DNA from: Candidatus Woesearchaeota archaeon
Lineage (GTDB): Archaea > Nanobdellota > Nanobdellia > SCGC-AAA011-G17 > JACPIM01
DNA: 64,000 nucleotides
Assembly: GCA_016188045.1 (NCBI GenBank)
Contig: JACPIM010000006.1
Span: 26,137 to 90,136, forward strand
Direction of reading: 5' to 3'
The notes under the pieces are model-generated. The model made no database searches, was not told where the DNA came from, and saw only the letters and a program-made list of their open reading frames with translations. Numbering within the stretch: the stretch's first letter is position 1; the number at the start of each line of letters is the position of its first letter. The translations under genes and the position numbers were made by a program. Of this stretch, positions 42,235-52,887 are shown one piece after another.

Positions 42235-43023
42235 TTATTTAAAAAGCTTTCTTAATTCTTTTCCTTTCTTTGTAGCTAGTTCAATTATTTTCTCTGTGTC
42301 TTCAGGAGTTAATGGTGAAATTCCACCTTTCTGCAAAGCACATATTCTCCCATCTTCAACAGTTGTAACAGTTAATCTTGCACCCATTGCATTCTCCTCA
42401 TCAAGGGTAGGATCAAGAATGAATTTATTCTTAATCTTTAATACAGTCACCGGTATGGGCAATTCTTTTAATTCAATGCCTTTTTTTGTTTTTTCTTTGT
42501 AATCAATTTTTTCTTCTTTCTCGTCATATTTAGGAAACTTTGCATCTTTAATTGCAGCCAAAGTAGCCAAACCAATAGCATCTGCTAAATTTCCATCGTC
42601 ATTTATGCTATAAGCATCAATCAATATTGTCCATACTTTTTCGCCTTTCTTTATAGTAAGTTTCTTGAAATCAATTGCCTTGCTTTCTCTTAAGCCCCTG
42701 TCAACTACAGATCTTGCTAGTTCAATGCTTTTAATTGTTGGTGGCCCGGATTCAAATTCACCAGAACTCAAAGGCAATAGTTCAACATTAGCGATAATAG
42801 TTCCCTCATCAAGTCTATCAGGATAAGGTTCACCAACTTCCATTTTTATCCCGGCAACAACTTCGGTTTTTCCAATTTTTACCAGAGCACTACCTTCAGC
42901 GGACTTGGCGCTAACACCATATTCAATTTTTATATCTCTGAATTGGTCTAATTTTCTTCCGTCTAATCTGGAATCTTTATCAATCAAATTAATGATGTGA
43001 CTAGTAACAATGCCGTTACTCAT
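42235..43023 (-). CDS. rrp42: exosome subunit Rrp42
   Basis: RLDGR..FESGPP..VDRGLRES..QKGG. Confidence 0.95.
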   Translation of the reverse strand: MSNGIVTSHIINLIDKDSRLDGRKLDQFRDIKIEYGVSAKSAEGSALVKIGKTEVVAGIKMEVGEPYPDRLDEGTIIANVELLPLSSGEFESGPPTIKSIELARSVVDRGLRESKAIDFKKLTIKKGEKVWTILIDAYSINDDGNLADAIGLATLAAIKDAKFPKYDEKEEKIDYKEKTKKGIELKELPIPVTVLKIKNKFILDPTLDEENAMGARLTVTTVEDGRICALQKGGISPLTPEDTEKIIELATKKGKELRKLFK

Positions 43024-43727
43024 TTTAAATACCTCGCCCTTAAAGCATCTTTCTGCACTTTATAGATTTGTTCACAAGCTTTCTTTGCGCTTTTCAAAAC
43101 CTCTTTCAGTTCATTTAAAGTTACAAGACCATCCATTTGTAACAAGGTTATTTCACCAGTTCTAGGCAGCATAGCTATGGGTATGTCAGCCATTCCGCCT
43201 TCATAGTCTTCTTCTTCTTTTGAAACATCTAAAACTACTTTGTCTTCTATTCTGCCTACTGCAACAGCAGATATTAAATCTTTCATAGGAAAGCCAGCAT
43301 CAGCTAAAGCTAAAGCAGCCGCGGTTATTCCAGCACATCTAGTTCCAGCATCTGTCTGTAATAATTCAATGTAAACATCTACAACAGCACTAGGAAATTC
43401 ACTTAAGTCCAACACAGGTTCCAATGCTTTTTCAGTTATGTGGCTGATTTCTTTGCTTCTTCTGCTTGGCCCAGGTCTCACTCTCTCGCCAGAACCTGAA
43501 AAGCTCATCATATTATAATTACATCTTAAAACCCCTTTCGTAGGATCTTGTAAAAACCTAGGATGTAATACTCTAGGACCATAAACAGCAGCAATAGCTA
43601 TTGTCTTTCCAATTTTGAATTTAGCGCTTCCGTCAGCATTTGGTATTACACCAACCTCTGCGCTAATTTCTCTTAATTCATCAAACTTTCTTCCATCAAA
43701 TCTTTTATTGTACGGCATTTTTAACAC
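43020..43727 (-). CDS. rrp41: exosome subunit Rrp41
   Basis: PSRRSKEIS, DAGTRCA, EED..ADIP. Confidence 0.95.
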   Translation of the reverse strand: MLKMPYNKRFDGRKFDELREISAEVGVIPNADGSAKFKIGKTIAIAAVYGPRVLHPRFLQDPTKGVLRCNYNMMSFSGSGERVRPGPSRRSKEISHITEKALEPVLDLSEFPSAVVDVYIELLQTDAGTRCAGITAAALALADAGFPMKDLISAVAVGRIEDKVVLDVSKEEEDYEGGMADIPIAMLPRTGEITLLQMDGLVTLNELKEVLKSAKKACEQIYKVQKDALRARYLK

Positions 43728-44421
43728 CTACCTTACTTTCTAAAAACATTTTTATCTCATCTGTTAAACCTTGAATATGAGCTCTTTCCTCAATTTTTTT
43801 AATAGCCTCCACAGCGATTACTTCTTTCAAAGGATCAATGTCGTATAACCAAACAAGGCCGTTTTGACCAACAACAATTCTGCAATCAGTCATTTGCTTT
43901 ATCATAGATATCATGCTTCCTTGCTTTCCAATTATTCTAGGAACTTTAGCAGAATTAACTTTTATTATTCTGCCTTCAGATAATTTTCTTAACCCAGGAC
44001 CTTTCATGCTTAAATCAATTTCTTTGCTCTTGGAAACATTGGTTATGTTGGCTACAACAAAATCATTATAATCATAATACTGTGTTAAGTCAGCTCCTTT
44101 TGGTATGTATTCCATGCTGCCATCTCTTAAAGGTATGCAGGCATGATTAGAATATCCTATATCAACAAACCAGCAATTATTAGTAACCTCTACTATTTTT
44201 CCAATTACCGTATCTCCTCTCTTTGGAATATATTTAGCATTTAATGGAACCAATTTTAATAATCTTCCATTTACGCTTACAACTCCCACCTGTGAAGCAA
44301 TTATGTTTTCTCCCTCTCTAAAAGCTCCGCCAGCCGGTAAAAAATCCATTCCCTCAGCTAATACATCGCCGGGGACTACAATGTCTTTATCTTTTACTTT
44401 TAATTCTCCCATATTATTCAA
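43705..44421 (-). CDS. rrp4: exosome RNA-binding subunit Rrp4
   Basis: VVPGD, S1 domain, KH motif VPRIIGKQGSM. Confidence 0.95.
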   Translation of the reverse strand: MNNMGELKVKDKDIVVPGDVLAEGMDFLPAGGAFREGENIIASQVGVVSVNGRLLKLVPLNAKYIPKRGDTVIGKIVEVTNNCWFVDIGYSNHACIPLRDGSMEYIPKGADLTQYYDYNDFVVANITNVSKSKEIDLSMKGPGLRKLSEGRIIKVNSAKVPRIIGKQGSMISMIKQMTDCRIVVGQNGLVWLYDIDPLKEVIAVEAIKKIEERAHIQGLTDEIKMFLESKVGVKNAVQ

Positions 44422-44444
44422 CTCCTAATATTCTTTGAACGTAA

Positions 44445-45137
44445 TTATTCTAAGATTTTGCTTTCTACTTCTCCATGGCATAAACCATTAAGTTTAGAGA
44501 AAAATTCGTCAACCAAACCACCAGGCAATTCTAAATTGGCTTTTAAACTGCCATCTCCCAACCATTCGGTTTTAGGATTTCCATAACTTTTTAATATATG
44601 GTAACTTTGCCCAGCAAATTTAGCAGGTATTACAACCTGAATTTTTTTTGTTTCAAATCTTATTGGTATTATTATTTTTAATTTTTTTAATATATCATCA
44701 ACTTGGTCACCTGCAGATTTATTCTCATCAATATGAACTTTAGCTTCTTCCATTGCACTTTCTATTCTCTGCGGTGGATGTGGTAATCCTGTTTTAGGGT
44801 CAACAGCATTCCTATGTATAATATTTATAACCTGTTTTCTTATTTCCTCTCTTTGCTTTGCTAAATGTTCTCTGGTTAACTGCACGCTTCCATTTGTGAT
44901 TATTATTTTGCTTACTTCAATAAAATCCGTTGTCTTGAATATCCTCTGCAAATCATGTTCACTAGCTTTATCTCCTTTTTTTACATCCTTGTAAATTTCA
45001 TCAACAGCCAAAACATCCTCAATAGAAACACTTTTTCCGTTTCTAAGATCTAGGGCTTTATCACAATCTACTAAAATTTCAAAATTTTTTCCGTTTCTCT
45101 CTAATCTGGCAACTACTGCCTTGTCAACATTAACCAT
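44445..45137 (-). CDS. ribosome maturation factor SBDS/SDO1
   Basis: FEILVD..DPKTGLPHPPQRIE. Confidence 0.95.
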   Translation of the reverse strand: MVNVDKAVVARLERNGKNFEILVDCDKALDLRNGKSVSIEDVLAVDEIYKDVKKGDKASEHDLQRIFKTTDFIEVSKIIITNGSVQLTREHLAKQREEIRKQVINIIHRNAVDPKTGLPHPPQRIESAMEEAKVHIDENKSAGDQVDDILKKLKIIIPIRFETKKIQVVIPAKFAGQSYHILKSYGNPKTEWLGDGSLKANLELPGGLVDEFFSKLNGLCHGEVESKILE

Positions 45138-45138
45138 T

Positions 45139-45867
45139 TTATTTGTATTTAGAAAGTTTGTCTTGAGTTAATTTATTAAATTTCTTTTCATCATTCTTAA
45201 TAAAAGCGCCGTCGATTCTTGAAATATCAAAGTCTTTTCCCAATACTTTTTTTATTGCTTTTAAAGCCAATTTTATCCCATCTTCAACATTAATGTTTTC
45301 TCTATATTCGCTATCCAGTATTTCCTTTATCTCTGTTTCTCCCTCTCCTATTGCTGTAGCTTTAAACTCAAAAAATATTCCGGTAGGATCAGTCAAAAAT
45401 AGTTTTGGTTCTGCTTCATCTTCAGGTCCATCAACACCAGCAAATAATACACTCACTCCAAATGGTCTTGCTCCGCCATATTGTGTAAATTGTTGTTTTA
45501 TATTGCAAATATCCTTTACTATGCTTTGAACATCTATTGGTGAATCATAGGTAACTTTATGTTGCTGAGCTAAAACCTGTGACCTTTCAATTAAAACCCT
45601 CCCATCACTTAATATTCCAGAAGCAGTTGCAGCAATATGATCATCAACTTGAAACACTTTCTCAACGCTTTCAGGAACTATTAATTTTTCAACTATTCTT
45701 TTATCAGCTACTAAAACAACTCCATCTTTACAAACAACTCCAATTGCGCTTGTGCCTTGTTTTACAGTTTTTTTAGCATATTCAACTTGTAATAATCTTC
45801 CATCAGGACTGAACATGGTGCTAGTTCTATCATAGCCCATTGCCTGATGTGACATTTGTGGTTGCAT
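45139..45867 (-). CDS. psmA: proteasome subunit alpha
   Basis: GYDR..FSPDGRLLQVEYA..RPFG. Confidence 0.97.
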   Translation of the reverse strand: MQPQMSHQAMGYDRTSTMFSPDGRLLQVEYAKKTVKQGTSAIGVVCKDGVVLVADKRIVEKLIVPESVEKVFQVDDHIAATASGILSDGRVLIERSQVLAQQHKVTYDSPIDVQSIVKDICNIKQQFTQYGGARPFGVSVLFAGVDGPEDEAEPKLFLTDPTGIFFEFKATAIGEGETEIKEILDSEYRENINVEDGIKLALKAIKKVLGKDFDISRIDGAFIKNDEKKFNKLTQDKLSKYK

Positions 45868-45881
45868 TTTTATTCCTCCTT

Positions 45882-46154
45882 TTAATCCAAACTAAACAGC
45901 TGTTCTAATAGTGAATGACTATCATTAGGTGTCTTCCTACCTCTCCCAAATTTTATATACATCATACTTTGGTATCTTTCCCTAACTGCCGGATTCTCGT
46001 CTATAGCCCGAGTTACAAATAAATACCTATTTAATCCGCCAACGCTTTCTAAAAAAGCGCGTCTATCATCTTCACTATCCATATCATCTAATTCTGTATC
46101 CAACTCGATATACCATCTTAAATCTCTATTAGTAACTCTTCCAAAAAAAACCAT
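45882..46154 (-). CDS. hypothetical protein
   Basis: 90 aa inserted between the Pop5 gene and psmA; ends SLLEQLFSLD. Confidence 0.6.
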   Translation of the reverse strand: MVFFGRVTNRDLRWYIELDTELDDMDSEDDRRAFLESVGGLNRYLFVTRAIDENPAVRERYQSMMYIKFGRGRKTPNDSHSLLEQLFSLD

Positions 46155-46155
46155 T

Positions 46156-46461
46156 TTATATTGCTCCTTTCAAATTGTTTAAAGTGCCAGAAACTCTAAC
46201 AGTTCTTATCATTAAATCTGGTCTGTAAATCAAAGCCAACCCTGTTTTGATTTCATCTACAAATTTATGATTCACTTGAATTATTCCTATTTCATTTTCA
46301 TGTTTAATAAATTTTAAGCCAGATTTAGCAATTCCTAATTCACCCATAAAAGATTTTAAACTTCCGTCTATATCATCCTTATTCATTTTTTTATTTGTTT
46401 TATATAAAATATATCTTTTCCTTTCTTTTAAACTTGGCAATAAATTCTTAATTTTTATCAC
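46156..46461 (-). CDS. rnp2: RNase P protein Pop5/Rpp14
   Basis: LPSLKERKRYI..VSGTL. Confidence 0.88.
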   Translation of the reverse strand: MIKIKNLLPSLKERKRYILYKTNKKMNKDDIDGSLKSFMGELGIAKSGLKFIKHENEIGIIQVNHKFVDEIKTGLALIYRPDLMIRTVRVSGTLNNLKGAI

Positions 46462-46596
46462 CCTGAGAAATGAGGTCTAATGCCTTATCTTCCTTTCTCC
46501 CGCATTAATAATTATAAAAAAAGACTATATAAACCTTACGTTTCCAATTTTTAAAAAAACATAAATTTAAAAAGTAAAAATCAAAGGAAGCACATC

Positions 46597-46967
46597 ATGT
46601 TAAAAATACTTTTAGTGGATGATTCAAAAACAACTAGGCTTGTCATTAGGGGGTTTTTAGAAGACGTGTTGGGTGAAGAGGTTTTAATAGATGAAGCTAC
46701 AGATGGAACAGAAGCGGTAGATTATATAAAAAAAGACAATTTCCAGATTTAGTATTAACAGATATGCATATGCCAAGAATGAATGGATTTCAAGCAGCAC
46801 AAGAAATTAGATCTTTAGGATATAACGGACCATTATTAATACAAAGCACTGATGATGCTTCAATAGCATACCTAAGAAAATATGGAGATCAAACCGTAGA
46901 ATATTTAATTAAAGGAGATACAGAAGCATTAAAACAAACCATTAACAAGCATTTAAAACCAGCTTAG
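46597..46967 (+). pseudogene. CheY-like response regulator split by a -1 frameshift
   Basis: MLKILLVDDS..EATDG.EA then PDLVLTDMHMPRMNG in the -1 frame; break at A7 run 46728-46734. Confidence 0.75.
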
Positions 46968-49501
46968 TTCTCTTCCTTTATGCCTTTATTTTTTCCTTTT
47001 ATTAACAAATACTCTTTCCTAAAGAAAAATATCAAGGAAATCAACACCAAAACCCCAGTAATAACACCACCAACAAGTTTCTTGTCAAATATTTCTTCTT
47101 TTTTAATAATTTCTACTTTTTCAGGTTCTTCTTTTTTATCCTCTTGTTTTTTCTCTTCTTTTACTTCTATATTTTCAGAAGCAGTTTCTAAATCAGGTAT
47201 ATTTGGTGAACTTTTTACTGCGGGAGCTGGTTCTAAATTTTCAGTTTTAGTTACAGTAGTTCCTCCTCCACTTCCACCTCCGCCACCACCGCTAGAACCA
47301 CCAGAAGCAACATTTTCACAATTAGTTGCATCTATGCTAGTACAACCACTACAACTCAAGCTACCAGAATTATAACCTCTAACAGAGCAACTATCTCCTC
47401 CAAAATCACTTCCATCGCAAGTTTCAGTGGAATTCTTTAAATTATCTCCGCAAAATTCTAAATTTAAGACATTTAAATTCCAATAAGTAAAATTATAACT
47501 TATACTATCATTCACATAAACAGAAATATTATAATTTCCACTCCTGCTATAGCTTCCTATAAAATTATAATTATCAGAGACACTAACCAAAGTATTATTT
47601 AAATACCATTCAACACCCACAAGATCACCATTAGCATCAGAATAGCTTATATTAAAACTCTGATTTCCAGGTTCTGTAATAGTAACATTGTTCACATTAG
47701 GAAAAAAAGAGTTAATTCTGGGGATATTATTAAAATTAACTCTGATAGTTCTATTATTATCCAAACCAAAAAATCCATCAGTATCATAACTAATGCAATT
47801 CCATCCAAAAGTTAAATTCCCGCTTAAATTTAAACTAAACAAAACATTTTTCTGTAATCCACTTATATTTTTAGTCTGATTTATTAACCATTCACCTGTT
47901 AAATTATGAATTAAGCTTATATTAATTAATCCGGTTAAATCAGAGGCAGTGCAATTAAAAATTAAATTTCCATTCAAGTTATTCACATTATCATCAGGAG
48001 AATTTAAAGTTACTCTTGGTATGTCTAATCCAAAATTAATTTTACTAAAATTAGTATTTCCTTTAGTATCATTGGCAAAAACAGTTAATATGTGATTCCC
48101 TCCCAAAGGAAAAAAAGAAATATTTCCATCAAGACTTATGTTGTTTAAGTTATCTATGCTATACCAAACTTTATTCAAGAATCGGTCATTAATAGTAAAA
48201 TTCAAGCTAATATTATTCATAGAATTGTGCTTGGTTCCATTTACTGGTTGATCTACATAAATTTCAGGATAAATATTATCAATACTTGAAATTGCATCTT
48301 TAACATTAATTCTTCTCCAGCTTTCAATTAATTTCCCAGTTTTATTCAAAGCATCTTGAACTTGATACGGATTTAAATAAGCGCTATCTTGTTCATAACT
48401 ATACTGCTGTAGTAAAGCAGCAGATCCGGAAGCATGAGGAGTTGCCATACTGGTTCCATCCATAACAACATATCCTCCACTCATCGAAGTGGATGTTATA
48501 TCAGAGCCAGGAGCCAATATGTCAAGTAGTTTATTTTTATTGGTATAACTTGCAATACTGTCGCTTTTTGTAGTAGCACCAACAGAAGTTGAATTTCTAA
48601 TGCAACCAGGGCTTGTTATTCCAGTAGTAACACCATTATTTCCACTAGCTACAAAAACAGGGATATTATTCTTTATAGCATTGTTTATTGCAGTAGTTAG
48701 TATAGTAAAAGTATTATCACAATAATCACTAAAAACACTATCACTACCTATACTCATAGATATTGCAGTTATATTATATTTAGTCTTATTATTAACACAC
48801 CAATCAATTCCAGCACTTATTCCGCTTTCACTTCCACCACCACCAGAATTTAAAACTTTTATATGAACTAAACTTGCATTTGGAGCAACCATATTAACTA
48901 TCCCGGTAACATGTGTCCCATGTCCATGATCATCATAAGGGTCATTGTCATTATTCACAACATCATAACCATCAATAATTTTACAACCATTACCAAAACA
49001 ACCACCAAAAGCAGTATGACTATAATTTACCCCCGTGTCTAAAATGCATACTCCGGTATTTAAGCCAGTAATATTATTATTTAAAACAAAGGTATGAACC
49101 AAACTAGCATTTATTAAATTAACAGAACCATCAACAGCAACTTTAAACTTATGATCTAGTTGTATTTCTTCTATGTTTTCATTATTTTTTAATTCTTCTA
49201 AACCTTCCTTGGTGATATTACCAGAAACAGCATTAAAACTCTCTAAATTTAAACTTTCTTTAAAACCATTATCTTTTAATTCTTCTTTTGCTGATTTAAA
49301 ATTAATTTTATTATAGGCCGTTCCTATTCCAACATTAGAATCTCTAAACTTTATTATTACAAGAACCTCGCTATTTTTTTTTAATTCTCTTTCAACTTCA
49401 GGCCTAACTTTATCAGCAGCTACAAAATTTAAAATGAAAATAATACTGATTATTATTAATACAAAAAAGACAGATTGTTTATTCACCACTTTATTTATCA
49501 T
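46964..49501 (-). CDS. S8 subtilisin-like surface protease with C-terminal anchor
   Basis: LDTG, HGTHVTG, GTSMATPH; Ig-like repeats; TM tail. Confidence 0.93.
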   Translation of the reverse strand: MINKVVNKQSVFFVLIIISIIFILNFVAADKVRPEVERELKKNSEVLVIIKFRDSNVGIGTAYNKINFKSAKEELKDNGFKESLNLESFNAVSGNITKEGLEELKNNENIEEIQLDHKFKVAVDGSVNLINASLVHTFVLNNNITGLNTGVCILDTGVNYSHTAFGGCFGNGCKIIDGYDVVNNDNDPYDDHGHGTHVTGIVNMVAPNASLVHIKVLNSGGGGSESGISAGIDWCVNNKTKYNITAISMSIGSDSVFSDYCDNTFTILTTAINNAIKNNIPVFVASGNNGVTTGITSPGCIRNSTSVGATTKSDSIASYTNKNKLLDILAPGSDITSTSMSGGYVVMDGTSMATPHASGSAALLQQYSYEQDSAYLNPYQVQDALNKTGKLIESWRRINVKDAISSIDNIYPEIYVDQPVNGTKHNSMNNISLNFTINDRFLNKVWYSIDNLNNISLDGNISFFPLGGNHILTVFANDTKGNTNFSKINFGLDIPRVTLNSPDDNVNNLNGNLIFNCTASDLTGLINISLIHNLTGEWLINQTKNISGLQKNVLFSLNLSGNLTFGWNCISYDTDGFFGLDNNRTIRVNFNNIPRINSFFPNVNNVTITEPGNQSFNISYSDANGDLVGVEWYLNNTLVSVSDNYNFIGSYSRSGNYNISVYVNDSISYNFTYWNLNVLNLEFCGDNLKNSTETCDGSDFGGDSCSVRGYNSGSLSCSGCTSIDATNCENVASGGSSGGGGGGSGGGTTVTKTENLEPAPAVKSSPNIPDLETASENIEVKEEKKQEDKKEEPEKVEIIKKEEIFDKKLVGGVITGVLVLISLIFFFRKEYLLIKGKNKGIKEEN

Positions 49502-49517
49502 AAAATTTTATTACTAT

Positions 49518-49997
49518 TTAAACCTTTTTTCTCTCAAAATTTAAGGCTTTTTTAGCTTCTCCAGGAGTCATTCCCATAACTCTGCCAAAACTAGCCAAAT
49601 CTTTTGTAGATCTTAATTCATATCTATCTTTAGCCCCGCTTAAAATAACCATTTTAACTTTGTATTTCCTGCATAATGCAACATTTTGCATCATCTTTCC
49701 TAATATCACGCTTCTATTTTTGCTTTTTAAAACATCATTAAAATTAAATCCTATCACAATATCGTTTTTTCTGGCCAACTCACATAGCACTTGATTTAAT
49801 CCGGAATCTCTTGAATGCATAAAATCTTTAGTTCTTGTTTTTTCAGGGCTTAGAAATATATCAATTTTTTTATTTTCAACAATTTTCCTGTTTTTACCAT
49901 CATCGCCCCCAACTTCAATTTTAAAATCTTTAAAAGTATAAAATCTAGTAAAACCAAGCATTTCCCCATTATACTCAAAATCAATTATGTCTATCAT
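49518..49997 (-). CDS. rnp3: RNase P protein Rpp30 (short form)
   Basis: SGLNQVL..LCRKYKV..SGA..ELR; near the Pop5 gene. Confidence 0.8.
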   Translation of the reverse strand: MIDIIDFEYNGEMLGFTRFYTFKDFKIEVGGDDGKNRKIVENKKIDIFLSPEKTRTKDFMHSRDSGLNQVLCELARKNDIVIGFNFNDVLKSKNRSVILGKMMQNVALCRKYKVKMVILSGAKDRYELRSTKDLASFGRVMGMTPGEAKKALNFERKKV

Positions 49998-50000
49998 TTG

Positions 50001-50354
50001 TTATAACCTTCTAATTCTAATTTTGCCTTCTGTTACTACAATAAAACTTGATGACAATCTATTTGATAATTGGCTAATAATTTTATAAACATATTTTTGC
50101 CTTTGCAAAGGTGAATCTTGTTTTAACCTTAATAAGATAACACCAGAAGATGGCTCCTTAAGACGAAAAATAAATTCACCAAAATCTTTATCGTTGGTTA
50201 TTAAAATCCTTTTTTTATTTTCTGCATATTTAATTACTTCCATATCAGAAGCCTTAGGCATAATATCGCCAACATAAACTGCATCATGTTTTCGATCTAA
50301 AAGAAAAAGTACTAATTTTTTACCAGCACTTTCATCTACAAGAAACTTATGCAT
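50001..50354 (-). CDS. DUF5615 PIN-like toxin
   Basis: FLVDE..ILITNDKDFG..GVILLR. Confidence 0.85.
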   Translation of the reverse strand: MHKFLVDESAGKKLVLFLLDRKHDAVYVGDIMPKASDMEVIKYAENKKRILITNDKDFGEFIFRLKEPSSGVILLRLKQDSPLQRQKYVYKIISQLSNRLSSSFIVVTEGKIRIRRL

Positions 50355-50360
50355 TTTTAA

Positions 50361-50594
50361 TTATGCAAGCGGAAAGACATCCTCTCCTTTAATCACATCA
50401 GCAACATAATCTAAAGCGGCTTTTATATCATCTTCTGTTAAGTTAGGATAATCCTCAAGTATTTCTTCTTTTGTCATGCCTTGTGCTAATAATCTTATAA
50501 TGGCATCAACAGGTATTCTTGTACCCTTTATTAAAGGTTTGCCTACCATAATTTCAGGATTAATAATAATTCTTTTATTTAATGCTTGTTCCAT
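50361..50594 (-). CDS. DUF433 antitoxin
   Basis: GKPLIKGTRIPV..EDYP.L..EDIKAAL. Confidence 0.9.
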   Translation of the reverse strand: MEQALNKRIIINPEIMVGKPLIKGTRIPVDAIIRLLAQGMTKEEILEDYPNLTEDDIKAALDYVADVIKGEDVFPLA

Positions 50595-50644
50595 AGTATT
50601 ATACTTCTTATTTATACTTATAAAGATATCGCTAATTTTGTATT

Positions 50645-50664
50645 AAATCAATTATGTCTATCAC
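50645..50664 (-). repeat. copy of the Rpp30 gene 5' end
   Basis: 19-nt exact match to 49978-49996, GTG instead of ATG. Confidence 0.8.
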
Positions 50665-50744
50665 GATTTAATTAGTAAGATGGTTATTTATTAATCTTTT
50701 TATAAAACACTAATTTTTTAAATAATAACATATTTATCTTTACT

Positions 50745-51464
50745 ATGCAAAACAAGTTATATGAAATGTTGATTAATGAAGATGAAATTACTTGGCAGTC
50801 TATTATATATGATTTAATAAAAACAGAGCAGATGGATCCTTGGGATATTAATATCTCATTATTAGCTAAACGTTATTTAGAGACGATAAAGGAATTACAG
50901 GATCATAGTTTTTTCATTTCAGGAAAAGTAGTTTTGGCTGCATCACTCTTGCTAAGGATAAAATCTTATAAATTAGTAAACGAAAATATAGCAGAATTTG
51001 ATAATTTATTGTTCCAGAAAGAGCAAGATCTGTTATCAGAAGAAGAAAATCCCTTAGATTTCCTAGGAGAAGAAAAAATACCTACTTTATTAGTAAAAAC
51101 CCCACAAGCAAGAAAAAGAAAAGTAACTGTTAATGATTTAATAGAAGCATTGCAAAAAGCACTACAAGTAGACGAAAAAAGAAATATCAGAAGAAGAGAC
51201 GAAAGAGTTTTGAGAGAAATTAATCTTCCAAAATATAAAATAGATATTTCTGCTTTAATTAAAAACTTATACTTAAAAATAAAGGATTTTTTTCAAAACC
51301 ACCCTAAAGTAACATTTACACAATTATTACCTTCAGATAAAAAAGAAGATAAAATTTACACTTTTATACCTTTATTGCATTTAGCTTCTCAAAATAAAGT
51401 TAATCTAGAACAAGAAGCTCCATTTGGCGAAATCAATATTACAGAAGCAAAAGAAGAAGATTAA
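50745..51464 (+). CDS. scpA: segregation and condensation protein A
   Basis: DPWDINI..LLRIKS..FIPLLHL..EQE.PFGEI. Confidence 0.9.
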   Translation: MQNKLYEMLINEDEITWQSIIYDLIKTEQMDPWDINISLLAKRYLETIKELQDHSFFISGKVVLAASLLLRIKSYKLVNENIAEFDNLLFQKEQDLLSEEENPLDFLGEEKIPTLLVKTPQARKRKVTVNDLIEALQKALQVDEKRNIRRRDERVLREINLPKYKIDISALIKNLYLKIKDFFQNHPKVTFTQLLPSDKKEDKIYTFIPLLHLASQNKVNLEQEAPFGEINITEAKEED

Positions 51465-51528
51465 TATTATTTCTAATAAGTAGTAACAAAATAGAAAGGT
51501 TTATAAAACAAAATCGCGCAATATAAGA

Positions 51529-52158
51529 ATGGCAAAAGAACAAGAATATGCTTTAAAAAGAATAGATGAATGGTATCTAGCTAATTTTAGAAGAAATATT
51601 ACTAGAGAAATCACAGACAAACTTAAAGTTAGGGTAAAATCACATTTAGACCAAGAAGAAGTGAGATCTCTAGAAGGATTATTTGGAGAAGATATCTTTG
51701 GAATGATTGACTTTGATTTTCTTTCAAAATTTTATGCTTCCAATCCTTTTTCAAAAGGTTATGCCATGTTAGCTGGTTCTATACAAGATTTTTCTTTAGC
51801 GCTTGATATGTTGCCGGAAGGAGTAAAAAGTAAATATATGCAACCAACTATAGATTCTCTTTTAGGAGTTAGAAGATTATTTGATGGAATAGTGGAGGGG
51901 GTAAGAAAAAAAGCAGATGAAATATTTCCAGATGAGTTAACTGATAGGGATGTAAGAAGAGCATTTATGGATTCTACGGGCGGGTTAGATAATTATTGTG
52001 GGGTCCCTATGATGTCTATAGAAGCGTTGCTTGTTTCTCTTAATCTTGCCGCAATAAGGGGAGCCATAAATCAAGAACAATATCAACAAATAGTTAAACT
52101 TTTTAATACAATAAAAGAAGAAATGCCGGAGTTCACAAGAATTTTATTTAAAGAATAA
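51529..52158 (+). CDS. hypothetical protein
   Basis: 209-aa ORF with TATA. Confidence 0.7.
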   Translation: MAKEQEYALKRIDEWYLANFRRNITREITDKLKVRVKSHLDQEEVRSLEGLFGEDIFGMIDFDFLSKFYASNPFSKGYAMLAGSIQDFSLALDMLPEGVKSKYMQPTIDSLLGVRRLFDGIVEGVRKKADEIFPDELTDRDVRRAFMDSTGGLDNYCGVPMMSIEALLVSLNLAAIRGAINQEQYQQIVKLFNTIKEEMPEFTRILFKE

Positions 52159-52224
52159 AAACACACTTTGTTCATAGTTTTTAACATAACAACCTTTATA
52201 AATAATTAAATAATTTATTTCTAT

Positions 52225-52824
52225 ATGGATTTTTTCCAAAAAATAAAAGAAATATTAGTAAAACCATCAAAGTTTTTCTCCGAAATAGAAAAAGAAAAAT
52301 CAATAAAACCTTCAATAATTTATATCTCAATTTTGACTATATTCTATAGTGTTATGAGTATAATCTTGTTATTATTATTTAAAGATTATTTAACAACTTT
52401 CTTCCTAAATATGTTCAATCTACCAACAGAGCAACCGTTTAGTTTATCTAAACAACTAATTTTTATAATAATTGGAATCCCGGCCTCAATTTTGTTCAGT
52501 TTTATTTTGGCAGCCATTTTATATGTTTGGTTAATGATATTCGGATCTGATAAAGATTATAAAACAGCATATAAATTATTAACTTATTCAGAAACACCCA
52601 GCCTGTTATTTGGCTGGATACCAATAATTAACTGGTTTTCCTGGATTTATTCATTAATATTATTAATAATAGGAACACATAAAATCTATAAGTTCAGCAA
52701 ATTAAAATCGTCTTTAATATACATAATACCTCTAGGAATCTTATTAATCTTAATTTTAATATTATTCATAATGCTTTCCTTAATTTTAATTTCATTATCT
52801 GGCCAAGTACCGCAAAGTTTCTAA
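52225..52824 (+). CDS. Yip1 family membrane protein
   Basis: IL..PSKFF..YSETP..WIP, five TMs. Confidence 0.8.
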   Translation: MDFFQKIKEILVKPSKFFSEIEKEKSIKPSIIYISILTIFYSVMSIILLLLFKDYLTTFFLNMFNLPTEQPFSLSKQLIFIIIGIPASILFSFILAAILYVWLMIFGSDKDYKTAYKLLTYSETPSLLFGWIPIINWFSWIYSLILLIIGTHKIYKFSKLKSSLIYIIPLGILLILILILFIMLSLILISLSGQVPQSF

Positions 52825-52887
52825 ATCCGATATATTTAAATTAAGAGGTTTATTAAGAATAATAAAGAATTATGATGGAGGTATAAG

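Noticed and set aside
45882-46154. SLLEQL ending as a member of the SLLEQYI tag family
   Set aside because: A five-residue match in an unlinked gene could be chance.
46455-46510. BHB-like fold upstream of the Pop5 gene
   Set aside because: The central helix has a mismatch, and removal does not join the upstream ATG to the Pop5 frame.
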